Notes: a model not told the origin generated them from the sequence alone. A DNA stretch of 64,000 nucleotides from Bacilli bacterium (GCA_017484065.1 JAFUTX010000031.1:98581-162580), one strand, 5' to 3'. Counted from the stretch's first letter, positions 38,779 through 49,023 are shown. Translations and numbers: made by a program.

Positions 38779-39720
38779 ATGAAAAAAGAAAATAAAAAAG
38801 TTGCAGTATTAATACCTTGCTATAACGAAAGTAAGACAATAGAAAAAGTTGTAAAGGATTATCAAAAAGTTTTGCCAGAAGCTGATATATATGTTTATGA
38901 TAATAATAGTAAAGATCATACTGATGAAATTGCTCAAAAAGCTGGTGCCATAGTTCGATATGAATATAAACAAGGTAAAGGTAATGTTATTAGGTCAATG
39001 TTTAGGCAAATTGATGCTGATTGTTATCTTATGATTGACGGTGATGATACATATCCAGCTGAAAATGCTCGAGAAATGTGTGATTTAATTCTTAGTGGTA
39101 AAGCAGATATGGTAGTGGGCGATCGTTTATCTAGTACATATTTTACTGAAAACAAAAGACCATTCCATAATTTTGGTAATAGAATAGTTAGATTATTGAT
39201 TAATAGATTATTTAAAAATGATGTTAAAGATATAATGACTGGATATAGAGCATTTAGTTATGAATTTGTAAAGGGTTTTCCAGTTCTATCTAAAGGATTT
39301 GAAATAGAAACTGAAATGACTATTCATGCAGTAGATAAAAACTTTAAAATAGTAGAAGTTCCTGTAACTTATCGTGATAGACCAGAAGGAAGTGTATCAA
39401 AACTTAATACTTACTCTGATGGTTTTAAAGTATTAAAGACTATAGCTACCTTATTTAAAGAATATAAGCCTATGGGATTCTTCGGATTATTAAGTTTCTT
39501 ATTGGCTATTATTTCATTAATATTTATTATTCCACCATTCAAAGAATACTTTGATACTGGATTAGTAATGAAAGTTCCTTCATTAATAGTAGGTTGTTTT
39601 ATAATTCTTACAGCTATATTAATGTTAGTATGTGGAATTATATTACAAGTAATAGTTAAAAAAAATAAACAAGAATATGAGTTATATTTAAATACGTTAC
39701 CTAAAAGAGAACAAGAGTAG
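38779..39720 (+). CDS. second GtrB/DPM1-like undecaprenyl-phosphate sugar synthase
   Basis: VAVLIPCYNES, DNNSKD, DGDDTYP motifs; C-terminal TMs. Confidence 0.8.
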   Translation: MKKENKKVAVLIPCYNESKTIEKVVKDYQKVLPEADIYVYDNNSKDHTDEIAQKAGAIVRYEYKQGKGNVIRSMFRQIDADCYLMIDGDDTYPAENAREMCDLILSGKADMVVGDRLSSTYFTENKRPFHNFGNRIVRLLINRLFKNDVKDIMTGYRAFSYEFVKGFPVLSKGFEIETEMTIHAVDKNFKIVEVPVTYRDRPEGSVSKLNTYSDGFKVLKTIATLFKEYKPMGFFGLLSFLLAIISLIFIIPPFKEYFDTGLVMKVPSLIVGCFIILTAILMLVCGIILQVIVKKNKQEYELYLNTLPKREQE

Positions 39721-39762
39721 AAATATTCTTGTTTTTATTATAAAATAAGTGTATATGGAGAT

Positions 39763-40473
39763 GTGTTTATGAAAATAGGGATTATATTTGCAATGCAAGA
39801 AGAATTGGATGCTCTAAAAAAGCATTTATCAATAGAAAATGAATATAATATATTTGATTTAAATTTTTATGAAGGGAATATCGAAGGAGTTAATTGTATA
39901 CTAGTAGAAAGTGGTATAGGCAAAGTTAATGCAGCACGTACTACACAAATATTAATAGATAACTTTAAAGTTGATTATATCTTTAATGTTGGTGTAGCTG
40001 GAGGTATATCAAATAATCTAGCAGTAGGTGATATAGTAATAGGTGAAAAACTAGTTCAACATGATTTTGATTTAACAGCATTTAATCACGAAAAAGGATT
40101 TATACCTAGTGTTGGAAAGTACATAGATGCTGATACATATTTACTTAGTATAGCAAGCCAAACACTAAATAATATTAAAGATATTAATGTAGTAAGAGGA
40201 GTTATAGCTTCAGGTGATATCTTCTGTACTGAAAGTAGTATGGCTAGTAAAATAAATAATAAATTTAATGCATTATGTGTTGAAATGGAAGGAGCAAGTA
40301 TAGCTCAAGTATGTTTCTTAAGTAATATACCTTTCTTGATACTTAGAAGTATATCGGATGTACCTAATAATGATAATGTTATTACTTATGAAAAGTTTAT
40401 GGAGAGTAGTGCAATAAATATTGCTAATGGTATGAAAGAAATATTAAAAACATTGAAACAGGAATTAGAATAA
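39763..40473 (+). CDS. mtnN: 5-methylthioadenosine/S-adenosylhomocysteine nucleosidase
   Basis: MKIGIIFAMQEE..; 236 aa PNP/UDP family. Confidence 0.9.
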   Translation: MFMKIGIIFAMQEELDALKKHLSIENEYNIFDLNFYEGNIEGVNCILVESGIGKVNAARTTQILIDNFKVDYIFNVGVAGGISNNLAVGDIVIGEKLVQHDFDLTAFNHEKGFIPSVGKYIDADTYLLSIASQTLNNIKDINVVRGVIASGDIFCTESSMASKINNKFNALCVEMEGASIAQVCFLSNIPFLILRSISDVPNNDNVITYEKFMESSAINIANGMKEILKTLKQELE

Positions 40474-40488
40474 TTCTTTTTTTTTATG
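40453..40488 (+). terminator. hairpin (GAATTA-GAA-TAATTC) + T9 at mtnN end
   Basis: read directly. Confidence 0.5.
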
Positions 40489-40643
40489 ACAAAATATGAC
40501 AATATATTTTATTGATTGTAATAATTACTTGAGGCAAAATATATATATCAAAACATTAGTGATAGTCATTATAAAAAAAGATTTTTGAACTTTACAAGTA
40601 ACTGGACACCAATAAAGCATTAATCTAAGAGGAGTGATAAAAA

Positions 40644-41492
40644 ATGAATGAGATAAAAGATTATACAGAAAAATTATTTGACGATATTAAACATATTGAT
40701 TAATATGGTAATGAATATTGGCTAGCGAGAGAACTGATGATAGCGCTTAATTATGTACAATGGAGAAGATTTTCAGATGTAATATATAAATCAAAAATAG
40801 CTTGTGAGAATAGTAACTATAATATTTGTGACCATTTTGCCAACGTCGGCAAAATGGTTAAAACAGGAGATTCAAAAAGAATAATTGAAGATTATAAATT
40901 ATCAAGATATGCATGCTACCTTATAGCACAAAATGGAGATAGTAGGAAAAAAGTAATAGCACTTGCTCAAACTTACTTTGCAATTCAAACAAGAAAACAA
41001 GAAATATTAGAAAGTGATTATAATTCTTTGAATGAAGATGAAAAAAGATTATATCAAAGAAGTTTAACTAAAAAAGGTAACAATTCACTTAATCAAACAG
41101 CAAAGAATGCTGGGGTTAAAAATTTTGATAAATTTCATAATGCTGGATATAAAGGATTATATAATGGTGAAACTGCTAATGATATAGCTAAAAGAAAAGG
41201 TTTAAGATATCGGGAGGATATTTTAGATAATATGGGAAGTGAAGAGCTAGCTGATAATATTTTTCGAATAGTTCAAACAGATGCTAAACTTAAAAGAGAT
41301 AATGTAAAAGGTGAAATTAATGCTAATAATACTCATTATAATATGGGTAAAAATATTAGAGAGTTTATAGCTAGACAAGGAGGTACAATGCCAGAAGATT
41401 TACCAACACCAGATAAAAGTTTAAAAGAAATAGAAAAAAATCATAAGATACATGAAAATAAATTAGAAGTAAAATTAATAAAAGATAATTAA
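40644..41492 (+). pseudogene. dinD: DNA-damage-inducible protein D (DinD-like) interrupted by in-frame TAA at 40701-40703
   Basis: MNEIKDYTEKLFDDIKHID*YGNEYWLARELM... single nonsense codon 20; 5-prime 19 codons have good RBS GGAG; downstream 251-aa ORF in same frame. Confidence 0.6.
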
Positions 41493-41531
41493 CAATAGTG
41501 CCAAAATACTAAAACTAACATATAATTAAAT

Positions 41532-41915
41532 ATGAATAGTAGAGAGTTAAATGAAAGAATAAAAGAGTTAAATATTGAAGATTTTATTTGGGTAATTTAT
41601 ATCGGGATAATTGCCTTAAGTTTTTATTCTAATAGTTTAGAAAGAAAATATTTTTTATCAAATAACCAGTTTTTTAAAGATAAGTATCGTAGCATTATGA
41701 TTTTAATATTTTCTATTTTAATTATTGTATATCTTTATTTTCTAAAAGATTCTTATGATTCAGTAAGAGAATTAAAACCAGATGATTCTGAGAGTAAAAA
41801 AAATCTTGTATGGTTATCTTTCATTGCATCTTTACTAATTGCTATTAGTGGTGCTATCTTCTTATACATTGCATTTAGTGATGAACAGTTAGATGTTGAA
41901 CTAGCTTTTAATTAG
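41532..41915 (+). CDS. small integral membrane protein (3 TM)
   Basis: 127 aa hydrophobic pattern. Confidence 0.35.
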   Translation: MNSRELNERIKELNIEDFIWVIYIGIIALSFYSNSLERKYFLSNNQFFKDKYRSIMILIFSILIIVYLYFLKDSYDSVRELKPDDSESKKNLVWLSFIASLLIAISGAIFLYIAFSDEQLDVELAFN

Positions 41916-41973
41916 TTTTTACTTAAACTTTTTTATGATTAATGATATAATTAATTAGGAAAGTAGAGGTAAC

Positions 41974-42432
41974 ATGAAAACAAGAGGATTTGAAATAGCA
42001 AAAGGATTTGAAGATAAAGGAATTAATTTACCTGTTAGAAAAACTAAACATGCAGCAGGTTATGATATTGAAGCTGCAGAAGATACTGTAATTCCTAAAT
42101 TTGTACCAGGAGTTAAACCAGTATTAGTTTCTACTGGTGTTAAAGCATATATGATGGATGATGAAGTATTATATTTATATAATAGAAGTTCTAATCCTAA
42201 AAAGAAAGGTTTAGTATTAGCTAACTCAGTAGGAGTAGTAGATGCTGATTATTATGGTAATGAATCAAATGATGGTCATATAATGTTTGCTTTTTATAAT
42301 TTTTTTGATGAAGATGTAACTATTAAAAAAGGTGAAGCAATTGGTCAAGGTGTATTTGCTAAGTACTTAATTACTGATAATGATGAGGCTAGTGCAGAAC
42401 GTACTGGTGGATTTGGTTCAACTGATAAATAG
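41974..42432 (+). CDS. dut: dUTP diphosphatase (dimeric/Firmicutes-type dUTPase fold)
   Basis: 152 aa; AAGYDI, NSVGVVDADYYG motifs. Confidence 0.8.
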   Translation: MKTRGFEIAKGFEDKGINLPVRKTKHAAGYDIEAAEDTVIPKFVPGVKPVLVSTGVKAYMMDDEVLYLYNRSSNPKKKGLVLANSVGVVDADYYGNESNDGHIMFAFYNFFDEDVTIKKGEAIGQGVFAKYLITDNDEASAERTGGFGSTDK

Positions 42433-42440
42433 TATTTAAC

Positions 42441-42478
42441 ATATAACTTTTATAAGAGTTATATGTTTTTTCTTGCAT
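42441..42478 (+). terminator. rho-independent terminator after dut
   Basis: ACATATAACT..AGTTATATGT stem + TTTTTT. Confidence 0.65.
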
Positions 42479-42674
42479 TGAACTATTTAATATGATAAAT
42501 TGGTTTTGAGGTAATAGTGATGAATATCCAAAAGTTAATTAAAATCATGTATTGTTTAATATATTTATTTACTGCTCTTATTGGTGTATGTATAGGAACT
42601 TTATTATCTAAAATATTTTAGTATAAATAATATAATAAAACATATAATAATTAATGAAAAAATAAAAAAATATA

Positions 42675-42703
42675 TTGACAAAAAAATATATAGGTTATAT
42701 AAT
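42675..42703 (+). promoter_or_regulatory. consensus sigma-A promoter for tRNA-Asn (TTGACA-17-TATAAT)
   Basis: perfect hexamers read directly; 11 nt upstream of tRNA 5-prime end. Confidence 0.7.
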
Positions 42704-42714
42704 GAATGAGTAAT

Positions 42715-42790
42715 GCCCGATTAGCTCAGTCGGTAGAGCGCACGGCTGTTAACCGGTAGGTCGTAGGTTCGAGTCCTACATCGGGCGCCA
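42715..42790 (+). tRNA. tRNA-Asn (anticodon GTT), CCA encoded
   Basis: cloverleaf: acceptor GCCCGAT/ATCGGGC, T-arm GTAGG-TTCGAGT-CCTAC, loop CTGTTAA; anticodon stem has two mismatches at its outer end as read. Confidence 0.7.
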
Positions 42791-42839
42791 TTAAGAATTT
42801 AAGCTATTATCTTATGATAATAGTTTTTTTGATATAGGA

Positions 42840-43706
42840 ATGATGTTTATGATAGTAGCAATAGTTGGGCCTACTGGAGTAGGTAAGACTAAAATGAGTG
42901 TTGAACTAGCCAAGAAGTTTGATGGTATTGTAATTAATTGTGATGCTATGCAAGTCTACATTGGTATGGATATAGGTACAGCTAAAGTAACTGAAGATGA
43001 AAAAGAAGGTGTGCCTCATTATTTATTTGATATTTGCGATGTTACAAAAAATTATACGGTGTATGACTATCAAAAAGATTTAAGACTTCTATTAGAAAAA
43101 TATAAAGATAAAAATATTTTCATTGTTGGAGGTACTGGTTTATATTTAAAGAGTGGTTTATTTGATTTTAGATTTCCTTTAGAAGAGAATATCAGTAATA
43201 ACTATGATGAATTAACTAATGAAGAATTATATAAAATGGCATTAGAAAAAGATAAGAATATGAATATTCATGTTAATAATCGTAAAAGGCTAGTTAGATT
43301 TTTAAATAAAGAAAATATAGAGATTGTAGAGCCTAAACAGTTGTATAATGCATTATTTATTGGCTTAACCACCGATAGAGAAAATCTTTATAACATAATT
43401 AATAATAGAGTAGATAAGATGTTTAATAATGGTTTATTAGAAGAAGCTAGAAAGTTTTATGATATGCATATAGAATCTAAGGCTTTATCTACTGCTATTG
43501 GATATAAAGAATTATTTGAATACTTTGATGGTAGTATTTCTTTAGAAGAAGCTAAAGAATTAATAAAACAACGTTCAAGAAGATATGCTAAAAGACAATA
43601 TACATATTTTAATAATCAGTTAGATGTTAATTGGTTTAATGTTGATTATGATAACTTTAATAATACTATTAATGAAGTAGTAGAGTACATAAAAAAATCA
43701 TCTTAA
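42840..43706 (+). CDS. miaA: tRNA dimethylallyltransferase
   Basis: GPTGVGKT P-loop, 288 aa. Confidence 0.9.
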   Translation: MMFMIVAIVGPTGVGKTKMSVELAKKFDGIVINCDAMQVYIGMDIGTAKVTEDEKEGVPHYLFDICDVTKNYTVYDYQKDLRLLLEKYKDKNIFIVGGTGLYLKSGLFDFRFPLEENISNNYDELTNEELYKMALEKDKNMNIHVNNRKRLVRFLNKENIEIVEPKQLYNALFIGLTTDRENLYNIINNRVDKMFNNGLLEEARKFYDMHIESKALSTAIGYKELFEYFDGSISLEEAKELIKQRSRRYAKRQYTYFNNQLDVNWFNVDYDNFNNTINEVVEYIKKSS

Positions 43707-43715
43707 TTGATGATT

Positions 43716-44678
43716 TTAGTTTGCATTAAATTCTTGATAAACACTGTGATTAAATTTATGTTCAATAACTTCAGCATCTTTATTATCGCTTTTATCTGCT
43801 AGAGCCATTTCTTCAGTAGTTATTAAGAAATAATTATGAAATAGTTGATGTGATCCATCACTCATAACTGGATCGTCCCAAGTTAAATCTAAATGACGCC
43901 ATTCGTTGTTTATATATACAGCATTCCAAACATGTCCAGTTTTACCTTCTCCAATTTCTTCAGGAGTAGAACCTACTTTAAAGTTTTGGATACCGAATCT
44001 ATCTAAGAATAAAGCCATAACATCGGTATAACCATTACAAGTAGCATAACCATCTATTAATGGTCCATAAGCAATATAGGATAAGTAAGTACTTTCTCCT
44101 GTATTATTTCTTTTTATATCATAATCACTATTATTAATAATGTAATCATGTATTACCTTTATTTTATCTATTGTATCCATATTATCAGTAATTTTTTCAC
44201 TTATAATTTTGCTGATTTCAGCATTAATAATCTCTATTTGTTCTTTTGTATATAAGTATTTAACGCTTAAACTTATTTCTCCAGAATCTGATATAGTAGT
44301 TTGGATATTAGTAAAACTATTAAATGGACTAACAAAATTATTAATATGAGTTAACAATATGTTGTTACCACTTAATTCTTCCATATCTTTTGTACAATTA
44401 GTATATTCACTAGGACAATAGAAAGTAAATGTTTCCCAGCCATTATTTATTGTACTATATATTATATTTACTAAATCTTGTTTACTTAATGGTTTATAAT
44501 CGACAGATTGTTTAACATATTTATATTCGTAATCTCTTTTATATTCATTACTAGAAGCTATTATTACTTTAGGATCATTTTCAATTAAGTCAGCCACTTT
44601 ATTAGATATAGGGTCTAAGTTAAAAATAACAAAAGCAATTACAAATAAACATAAAATAGGAATAATTGTTTTTTTCAT
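43716..44678 (-). CDS. secreted/lipo-protein with transglutaminase-like cysteine protease domain
   Basis: signal peptide; C..H..D triad context CNGYT, GHVWN, DLTWDDP. Confidence 0.7.
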   Translation of the reverse strand: MKKTIIPILCLFVIAFVIFNLDPISNKVADLIENDPKVIIASSNEYKRDYEYKYVKQSVDYKPLSKQDLVNIIYSTINNGWETFTFYCPSEYTNCTKDMEELSGNNILLTHINNFVSPFNSFTNIQTTISDSGEISLSVKYLYTKEQIEIINAEISKIISEKITDNMDTIDKIKVIHDYIINNSDYDIKRNNTGESTYLSYIAYGPLIDGYATCNGYTDVMALFLDRFGIQNFKVGSTPEEIGEGKTGHVWNAVYINNEWRHLDLTWDDPVMSDGSHQLFHNYFLITTEEMALADKSDNKDAEVIEHKFNHSVYQEFNAN

Positions 44679-44704
44679 AGTATCACCATATTTATTTTAA
44701 CATT

Positions 44705-44741
44705 AAAAAATGAAGTACACAATTATTACTTCATATTTTTT
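44705..44741. terminator. bidirectional terminator for rpsT (ATGAAGTA..TACTTCAT flanked by A/T tracts)
   Basis: 8-bp perfect stem with T6 on both strands. Confidence 0.7.
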
Positions 44742-44989
44742 ACTTTTTGAGATAATCTAGATTTTTGTCTATCAGCAGTATTCTTCTTAATTAAACCTTT
44801 GCTTACTGACTTATCAATATATTTTTGAACGTCTTTACAAATTGAAGTAGCAGTTTCTACATCATTACTAGCTATAGCTTTTTCGCAATTTTTAATTAAG
44901 TTTTTAACTCTTGCTTTTAGTTCATGATTGTTATCTGTTTTCTTTGCGATAACTTTTATAGCTTTTTTAGAACTTTTAATATTTGCCAT
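44726..44989 (-). CDS. rpsT: 30S ribosomal protein S20
   Basis: MANIKSSKKAIKVIAKK...; 87 aa. Confidence 0.95.
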   Translation of the reverse strand: MANIKSSKKAIKVIAKKTDNNHELKARVKNLIKNCEKAIASNDVETATSICKDVQKYIDKSVSKGLIKKNTADRQKSRLSQKVKNMK

Positions 44990-45068
44990 TATAATCTCCT
45001 TCCATTCGATACATGTCTAATTGTAACAAAAGATTGGCTTATTTGCAAGAATTTTGTGCAAAAATGTG

Positions 45069-45098
45069 TTGACATGATAAAAATAGTTATGTTATAAT
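45069..45098 (+). promoter_or_regulatory. promoter for tRNA cluster (TTGACA-18-TGnTATAAT)
   Basis: -35 45069-45074, extended -10 TG + TATAAT 45093-45098. Confidence 0.65.
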
Positions 45099-45117
45099 CA
45101 ACGTGTTGGCAGAGATT

Positions 45118-45210
45118 GGAGGAATACCCAAGTCTGGTTGAAGGGACCGGTCTTGAAAACCGGGAGGTCGAGCAATCGGCGCAGGGGTTCGAATCCCTTT
45201 TCCTCCGCCA
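45118..45210 (+). tRNA. tRNA-Ser (anticodon TGA), type II with long variable arm
   Basis: GGAGGAA acceptor, loop CTTGAAA, long extra arm, CCA encoded. Confidence 0.85.
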
Positions 45211-45226
45211 TTTTGAATTTTGTTAT

Positions 45227-45303
<77 letters not shown>

Positions 45304-45306
45304 TTT

Positions 45307-45383
45307 GGTTCCGTAGTGTAGCGGTCTATCACGTCTGCCTGTCACGCAGAAGATCGCGGGTTCAAATCCCGTCGGAACCGCCA
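45307..45383 (+). tRNA. tRNA-Asp (anticodon GTC)
   Basis: GGTTCCG acceptor, loop CTGTCAC; 3-nt spacer from previous tRNA. Confidence 0.85.
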
Positions 45384-45391
45384 TTTTTTTT

Positions 45392-45467
<76 letters not shown>

Positions 45468-45478
45468 TTTAGTATATT

Positions 45479-45505
45479 AAAGCCTTTATTTAAAGGCTTT
45501 TTCTT
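45479..45505 (+). terminator. rho-independent terminator of tRNA operon
   Basis: AAGCCTTTA-TT-TAAAGGCTT + TTTTC. Confidence 0.75.
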
Positions 45506-45629
45506 ATGCAATCAATTATTAAAACACACTTGTAAACACATTTTTATTAATTTCAAGTTTAGATAGTTCGGGTTTTATTATTCTTAAATTTGTGATATTC
45601 TAGTTTTAGTAAAGAGTTGATTTAATAAT

Positions 45630-46028
45630 ATGAGAAAAGTACATAACATGAACAATGAAATATTAAGACAGATGAGAAAGATATACTATGATAAAGAACA
45701 TGAATATATTGACTGGATGGGTTATAAAATAACTCTAGAAAATAAACCGAGTTATCATCATATAGTAAAAGCTGAAAATTTAAAAGAAAACAATGAAGAT
45801 TATACAGCTACTATTGATAATGGTGCTTATTTAGGTAAAATAAGTCATGACTTATTACATGTTATTGAAAAGTTAGATATAGATTTATATCATACTTGGA
45901 ATAACCTTTTCTTACTTATTAATAAATCAAGGAAATATCCCACTGAAGAGATGTGGAGTATGATTTATTCTTTACAAGAAAAAACAAATGAAAAAATTTT
46001 AGAATACAAAAATACTAAAAAGAGATAA
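45630..46028 (+). CDS. hypothetical small protein with HNH-like His pattern (YHHIV...N...HDLLH)
   Basis: 132 aa; motif-level only. Confidence 0.3.
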   Translation: MRKVHNMNNEILRQMRKIYYDKEHEYIDWMGYKITLENKPSYHHIVKAENLKENNEDYTATIDNGAYLGKISHDLLHVIEKLDIDLYHTWNNLFLLINKSRKYPTEEMWSMIYSLQEKTNEKILEYKNTKKR

Positions 46029-46058
46029 AATTAAATTATAAATAGGAGTGAAACAATT

Positions 46059-47201
46059 ATGGCAAATATAAATGATTATTTAGAATGGAGAGGAGATCTA
46101 TCATTAAGAGATTATCAATTTAATGAAATAGATAGTATGATCTTAGCAAGGTTTTCTTATCTTAGATTTGATAAAATTAAATTTAATAATGGTGATACAA
46201 TAAAATCAATCTCTAAAAAAATGAGTAATTTAGATAATGATGAGTTTTTATATAATGGTGATAAGGAACTGATAACTAATTTAGGTAATAGTGATAGATT
46301 TAATAATATGTTGATAACTGATTATGTAAATAATTCTTCTAAGGAAATAGAAAAACAATTTGGAGCTATTACTATTCATTTAAATAACGATGAGATGTAT
46401 GTTTCATTTATTGGTACAGATAGTACAATTAATGGTTGGAAGGAAGACTTAAATATGTCTTTTATGGAAAATGTTCCGTGTCAACTTGATGGTAAAAAAT
46501 ATTTAGAAGATATAGCAAGCAAATATCCAAATAAAAAAATTAGAATAGGTGGTCATTCTAAAGGTGGCAATGTAGCTATTTATTCAGCTATAACTGTTGA
46601 TTCTCTAATTCAAGATAGAATTATTAAAGTTGATAACTACGATGGACCTGGCTTTAACAAAAAAATTGTTAATCAATATGGCAATAGTAAAATAATAAAA
46701 AAAATAGAAACTTATATACCACAAGACTCTGTAGTAGGTCGTATTCTTTATCATAAAGAAAAGGTAAGTATTTCATATAGTAATGAAAAAGGAATATATC
46801 AACATGATATATATTCATGGCAAGTTATTAAAGATAAAATGATTAAATCAGAAAAGAATACAGAAAATAGTGAAAATATAACTAAGACAATTAATAATTG
46901 GTTAGAAACTACTACTAACGAACAAAGAAAAATATTTATTGATTCAGTATTTGAATTATTCTATAAAACAGAGTCTAATACCTTTAAAGAAGTATCTAGT
47001 AATTTAGGAAGTAATGTTTTAAAAATATTACAAGAATATAGTAGTATATCTAAAGAAGATAAAAGGGTTATAACTGATATGTTAAAGAATATGACTAAAT
47101 ACTATTTAACTATTTTAAAAGATAATCAAACTATGAAGTTTGAAAATATGAAAGAACATTATAAAGCTGAATTAGAAAAGACTTTTAAGAATAAAGATTA
47201 A
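46059..47201 (+). CDS. DUF2974 (Mbeg1-like) alpha/beta-hydrolase/lipase-like protein
   Basis: GGHSKGGN nucleophile elbow; 380 aa. Confidence 0.55.
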   Translation: MANINDYLEWRGDLSLRDYQFNEIDSMILARFSYLRFDKIKFNNGDTIKSISKKMSNLDNDEFLYNGDKELITNLGNSDRFNNMLITDYVNNSSKEIEKQFGAITIHLNNDEMYVSFIGTDSTINGWKEDLNMSFMENVPCQLDGKKYLEDIASKYPNKKIRIGGHSKGGNVAIYSAITVDSLIQDRIIKVDNYDGPGFNKKIVNQYGNSKIIKKIETYIPQDSVVGRILYHKEKVSISYSNEKGIYQHDIYSWQVIKDKMIKSEKNTENSENITKTINNWLETTTNEQRKIFIDSVFELFYKTESNTFKEVSSNLGSNVLKILQEYSSISKEDKRVITDMLKNMTKYYLTILKDNQTMKFENMKEHYKAELEKTFKNKD

Positions 47202-47219
47202 GAAGGAGTTGAATTTTTA

Positions 47220-47444
47220 ATGAAAATGATTGATAAAGGTAGTACTAAACATTTAATATTATTAATAATTATTACGGCGATTATTGCTATGATAATTTAT
47301 CCATTACTTGATTACTTCTATTACAAGTTAATTGTGAACAGAGAGTTTGTGTATACAGTACATAACTATATAGTAGAGCCAATTGTATTTGCTTGTATAT
47401 TTGGAACAACGTGTTGGATATTAAGCAAGGATAGCAGAAAATAG
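47220..47444 (+). CDS. small 2-TM membrane protein
   Basis: 74 aa hydrophobic. Confidence 0.3.
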   Translation: MKMIDKGSTKHLILLIIITAIIAMIIYPLLDYFYYKLIVNREFVYTVHNYIVEPIVFACIFGTTCWILSKDSRK

Positions 47445-47456
47445 TTAGGTGATTTC

Positions 47457-48923
47457 ATGAAAAAACATTATATACTGAAATTTGGTTTATTAGCTATTAT
47501 TTTATTTATTATATCTTTTTTTGTTATCTTAACTAGTGGTAAAACAATAATTTATAAAACTAATATAAATCAAAATATTAAATCTATAAATGATATTGAA
47601 ATAAAAATAGTACAAAATAAAAAAATTATAAAAATAGTTGATAAAAAAATGAAGGATAATAATTTATTATTAAAAATTAAATCAGTAAATAAAGGTAAAG
47701 CTTATATTGATATAGGTAATGATGATTCATATATGTCGGAAGTTTTCTATGTTCATAATTTAGGTATAATTACACAAAATTCTTATTTTGGAAAAAGTAG
47801 AGGAGATTCAGTTATTCCACTATCAGTAATAATATATATTAGTTTACTATTAATAGTACTAATTAGAAAATATAGGCATAATGTAAAAACAAATCTTTAT
47901 CAGTATAAAAATGTAGCTTACTTAGGTATTATTATCTTTTTATCTTTTACACTTGTATATCAAATATTACAACTATCTAATAATACAGGATTAATAAACT
48001 CAATAAATAGTATAATAGCTTCATTTAATTTCTTTTCAATTATAATATTTCCTGTTGCTACCATAGTATCCATTTTAGTTATATTGAGCAACATAAAACT
48101 ATTGAGAAAAGAAGGATTTACATGGCGAAATATGTTAGGGATTATTCTTGGCATATTAATAATTCTTGGTACGATGTTTCCGGATTTTGCATACAATCAA
48201 TTACAAAATACTGCATTTATAGATATTCATAATCAAAAAGGACTTGCTTTATATATTTATGAATTTATTGAGACATTTATTTATATAGGTATAGCTTATT
48301 TAGAATGTGTTTTATTGGCAACAGTAATTCTAGGAATAAAATCAGCTAAACATAAACCTTTATATAACAAAGATTATATAATAATACTTGGATGTATGAT
48401 AAAAAAAGATGGAACGTTAACTCCTTTATTAAAAGGAAGAGTTGATAAAGCAATACAGTTTAGTATGGAACAAAAAGAAAAGACTAATAAAGATATAATA
48501 TTTGTTCCATCAGGTGGTCAAGGTAATGATGAAGTAATTAGTGAAGCACAAGCTATGAAAAATTATTTAATAGAGCAAGGAATAAGTAATGATAATATAA
48601 TTATAGAAGATAAATCTAAAAACACGTATGAAAATATTAAGTTTTCTTATAAATTAATAAATAAAAACAGTAAGATTGCTAATATAGCATATGCTACAAC
48701 TAATTACCATGTGTTTAGAGCAGGAATAATTGCTACTAATCAAAATATTAAATTAGAAGGCATAGGATCCAAGACAAAATCTTATTTTTGGGTTAATGCT
48801 TTTATAAGAGAATTTATAGCAACACTTTCTAGCGAGAAAAAGAAACATATAGTGGTAGTTAGTGTAATACTTTTATTTTCTATAGCAATAATATTACTAA
48901 AATATGTATCTAATTTATTGTAA
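47457..48923 (+). CDS. polytopic membrane protein with C-terminal YdcF/ElyC (DUF218) domain
   Basis: IIILGCMIKKDG..VPSGGQG motif of DUF218; 488 aa. Confidence 0.6.
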   Translation: MKKHYILKFGLLAIILFIISFFVILTSGKTIIYKTNINQNIKSINDIEIKIVQNKKIIKIVDKKMKDNNLLLKIKSVNKGKAYIDIGNDDSYMSEVFYVHNLGIITQNSYFGKSRGDSVIPLSVIIYISLLLIVLIRKYRHNVKTNLYQYKNVAYLGIIIFLSFTLVYQILQLSNNTGLINSINSIIASFNFFSIIIFPVATIVSILVILSNIKLLRKEGFTWRNMLGIILGILIILGTMFPDFAYNQLQNTAFIDIHNQKGLALYIYEFIETFIYIGIAYLECVLLATVILGIKSAKHKPLYNKDYIIILGCMIKKDGTLTPLLKGRVDKAIQFSMEQKEKTNKDIIFVPSGGQGNDEVISEAQAMKNYLIEQGISNDNIIIEDKSKNTYENIKFSYKLINKNSKIANIAYATTNYHVFRAGIIATNQNIKLEGIGSKTKSYFWVNAFIREFIATLSSEKKKHIVVVSVILLFSIAIILLKYVSNLL

Positions 48924-48955
48924 ATAACTAAAGGACTATTTAAGTCTTTTTTTTC

Positions 48956-49004
48956 TTGCTTTAATGATAAACTATATGTATAATAAATATGAAAATCATT
49001 TTCA
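48956..49004 (+). promoter_or_regulatory. promoter (TTGCTT-17-TATAAT) with overlapping 7-1-7 palindrome TGAAAATCATTTTCA (Fur-family operator) at 48990-49004
   Basis: perfect inverted repeat immediately downstream of -10, upstream of Fur-family regulator start. Confidence 0.55.
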
Positions 49005-49023
49005 AATTCAAAGGACAGATTAT

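Noticed and set aside
47960-48196. 78-aa minus-strand ORF
   Set aside because: Antisense to DUF218 membrane protein gene.
48964-49023. ORF-track upstream extension of Fur-family regulator
   Set aside because: Would start upstream of the predicted -10 and operator; ATG 49024 has a proper RBS and yields a standard-length Fur-family protein.
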